Below, in pieces: positions 62,632 to 64,000 of a DNA stretch of 64,000 nt. The position numbers and the translations under genes were made by a program. The DNA comes from Acutalibacteraceae bacterium (GTDB lineage: Bacteria; Bacillota; Clostridia; Oscillospirales; Acutalibacteraceae), in the NCBI GenBank assembly GCA_045533195.1, contig JAZSHI010000024.1:448-64447 (forward strand), in the 5' to 3' direction. Under the pieces are notes generated by a model, which searched no databases, was not told where the DNA came from, and saw only the letters and a program-made list of their open reading frames with translations. How positions within the stretch are numbered: the first letter of the stretch is position 1; the number at the start of each line of letters is the position of its first letter.

Positions 62632-62870
62632 TTATGAACAAAGTTAACAGTAACTGACATAAAGTATTTAACAGGGCTGTTTAAAACTTAAAAACGGTGC
62701 AAATTATGCACATTTTATTAAATTTTAATTTAACATCGTTTTTTCTTTGTTTTAAAGCCTTTCAGGCACTTACTGACAGAACTGACAGCTATATGAAGAC
62801 TGTTATATAATTTATATTTTCTCTTAGGAAAATTTTCTTTTTTTAAAAATTTTGAAAGAAGGTAAACAAA

Positions 62871-63971
62871 ATGATTTTTTCAGTAGAACGTAACGTTTTT
62901 CTTGATGCGGTAACAAAGCTTTCCCGCGTTGTTTCTTCTAAAACAGCCTATCCTGAGCTTGAAGGTATTTTAATTTCTGCTGAACAGGGCAAAATCACCC
63001 TAATCGCATATAATCTCGAAATGAGTATGCAAAAGGAAATCTACGCAAGAACCGAGGAGGACGGCGATATCGTTCTTTCTGCCAGAATTTTAGGCGATAT
63101 TTTTAAAAGACTTAACGGTCCCACGGTTCAGATTTCAACAGATGATAAAAATATCTGCCATATAACCTGTTCAAGCGCCGTTTTTGACATTCCCGGAATG
63201 GATGCTATGAACTATCCCGAAACTCCTTCCTTTGCTGATGGTAAAGATTTCAGTTTAAAGGGAGAAACTCTCTTTGATATGACAGAGGGAACCTCCTTTG
63301 CAGTTGCCCCCGTAGAAGGAACAAGACCGGTTTTAATGGGTATTAATGTTTCTCTTAATGAGGGAAATTTAAAATTTGTTGCCATTGACGGCTATAGACT
63401 TGCCATTCGTCAGACAAAAATTGATAATAACGGTGAATTTAATTTCATAATTTCGGGCACTATGCTTAATGAAGTAGTACGTCTTATTTCTGACAAAGAG
63501 CAGGATGTTCCCATTAGTGTGGGAGGAAAAATGATTTCCTTTAACATTGACGGCTATAAGGTTATCTGCCGATTAATAGAAGGAGAATTTGTTAATTATC
63601 AAAGAACAATTCCTGCTTCACATAATCAAAAGATAGTTGTTATGGTAAGAGATATACTTTCAGTTTTTGACAGAATTTCTCTTTTAATAAGTGATTCCTT
63701 TTCAACTCCCGTAAGATGTATTTTAAATGAAGAACATATAAATTTCTCCTGCTCAACTGCAGTAGGTAAGGTTAATGAAACCTATGAGGTTGACCTTGAA
63801 GGAGAACCTTTTGAAATAGGACTTTCTTCCCGTTATCTTACAGAAGCTCTAAAGGCAATAGAAGATGATATGGTTCAGATTAAATTTGATTCTTCTAAAC
63901 AGGGTGTTGTTATTGAACCTCTTCAGGGTGATGATTATATGTATATGATAATGCCTATGAGGTTAAAGTAA
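62871..63971 (+). CDS. dnaN: DNA polymerase III beta sliding clamp
   Basis: 366 aa. Typical three-domain clamp sequence ending in PMRL. Confidence 0.95.
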   Translation: MIFSVERNVFLDAVTKLSRVVSSKTAYPELEGILISAEQGKITLIAYNLEMSMQKEIYARTEEDGDIVLSARILGDIFKRLNGPTVQISTDDKNICHITCSSAVFDIPGMDAMNYPETPSFADGKDFSLKGETLFDMTEGTSFAVAPVEGTRPVLMGINVSLNEGNLKFVAIDGYRLAIRQTKIDNNGEFNFIISGTMLNEVVRLISDKEQDVPISVGGKMISFNIDGYKVICRLIEGEFVNYQRTIPASHNQKIVVMVRDILSVFDRISLLISDSFSTPVRCILNEEHINFSCSTAVGKVNETYEVDLEGEPFEIGLSSRYLTEALKAIEDDMVQIKFDSSKQGVVIEPLQGDDYMYMIMPMRLK

Positions 63972-64000
63972 TGCAGGAAAAAATAATAAATATAAAAGAA

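Overview
Origin-proximal chromosomal segment of a low-GC, anaerobic, spore-forming Firmicute. The class looks like Clostridia: spoIIID, anaerobic nrdDG, a T-box-controlled cysE-cysS operon, and dnaA-dnaN at the right end. About 67 protein genes and 3 tRNAs are present. I found no rRNA, CRISPR array, integrase or transposase.

Most genes are housekeeping and lie on the minus strand, co-oriented with leftward replication from an origin near 60-63 kb. They include lysS, greA, cysES, pgsA, rimO, recX, recA, prmC, a two-component system, a GldA/F/G-like ABC operon, nrdDG and dut.

The stand-out region is 44994-51840. It is a tightly packed six-gene minus-strand operon headed by an HTH-WYL regulator. 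Upstream sits a promoter, a ~110-nt hairpin leader and an intrinsic terminator. The five downstream products show no enzymatic motif I can recognise:
- two helical proteins with Gly/Ala-rich amphipathic hairpins
- an 893-aa protein with a putative N-terminal membrane-proximal module and helical repeats
- a basic CxxC mini-protein
- a 52-aa (CxxCxGxG)x4 zinc-finger mini-protein that is missing from the ORF track

I read this as a candidate undescribed membrane-targeting conflict or defence system. That reading is inference only.

Other notable signals:
- three SLOG/DUF1273-like paralogues, two of them divergently paired with XRE HTH genes
- three families of interspersed intergenic repeats
- a second promoter-hairpin-terminator leader at about 36 kb
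- an EF-G paralogue with altered G3 and G4 motifs

All functional calls come from motif recognition by eye. No database search was run.
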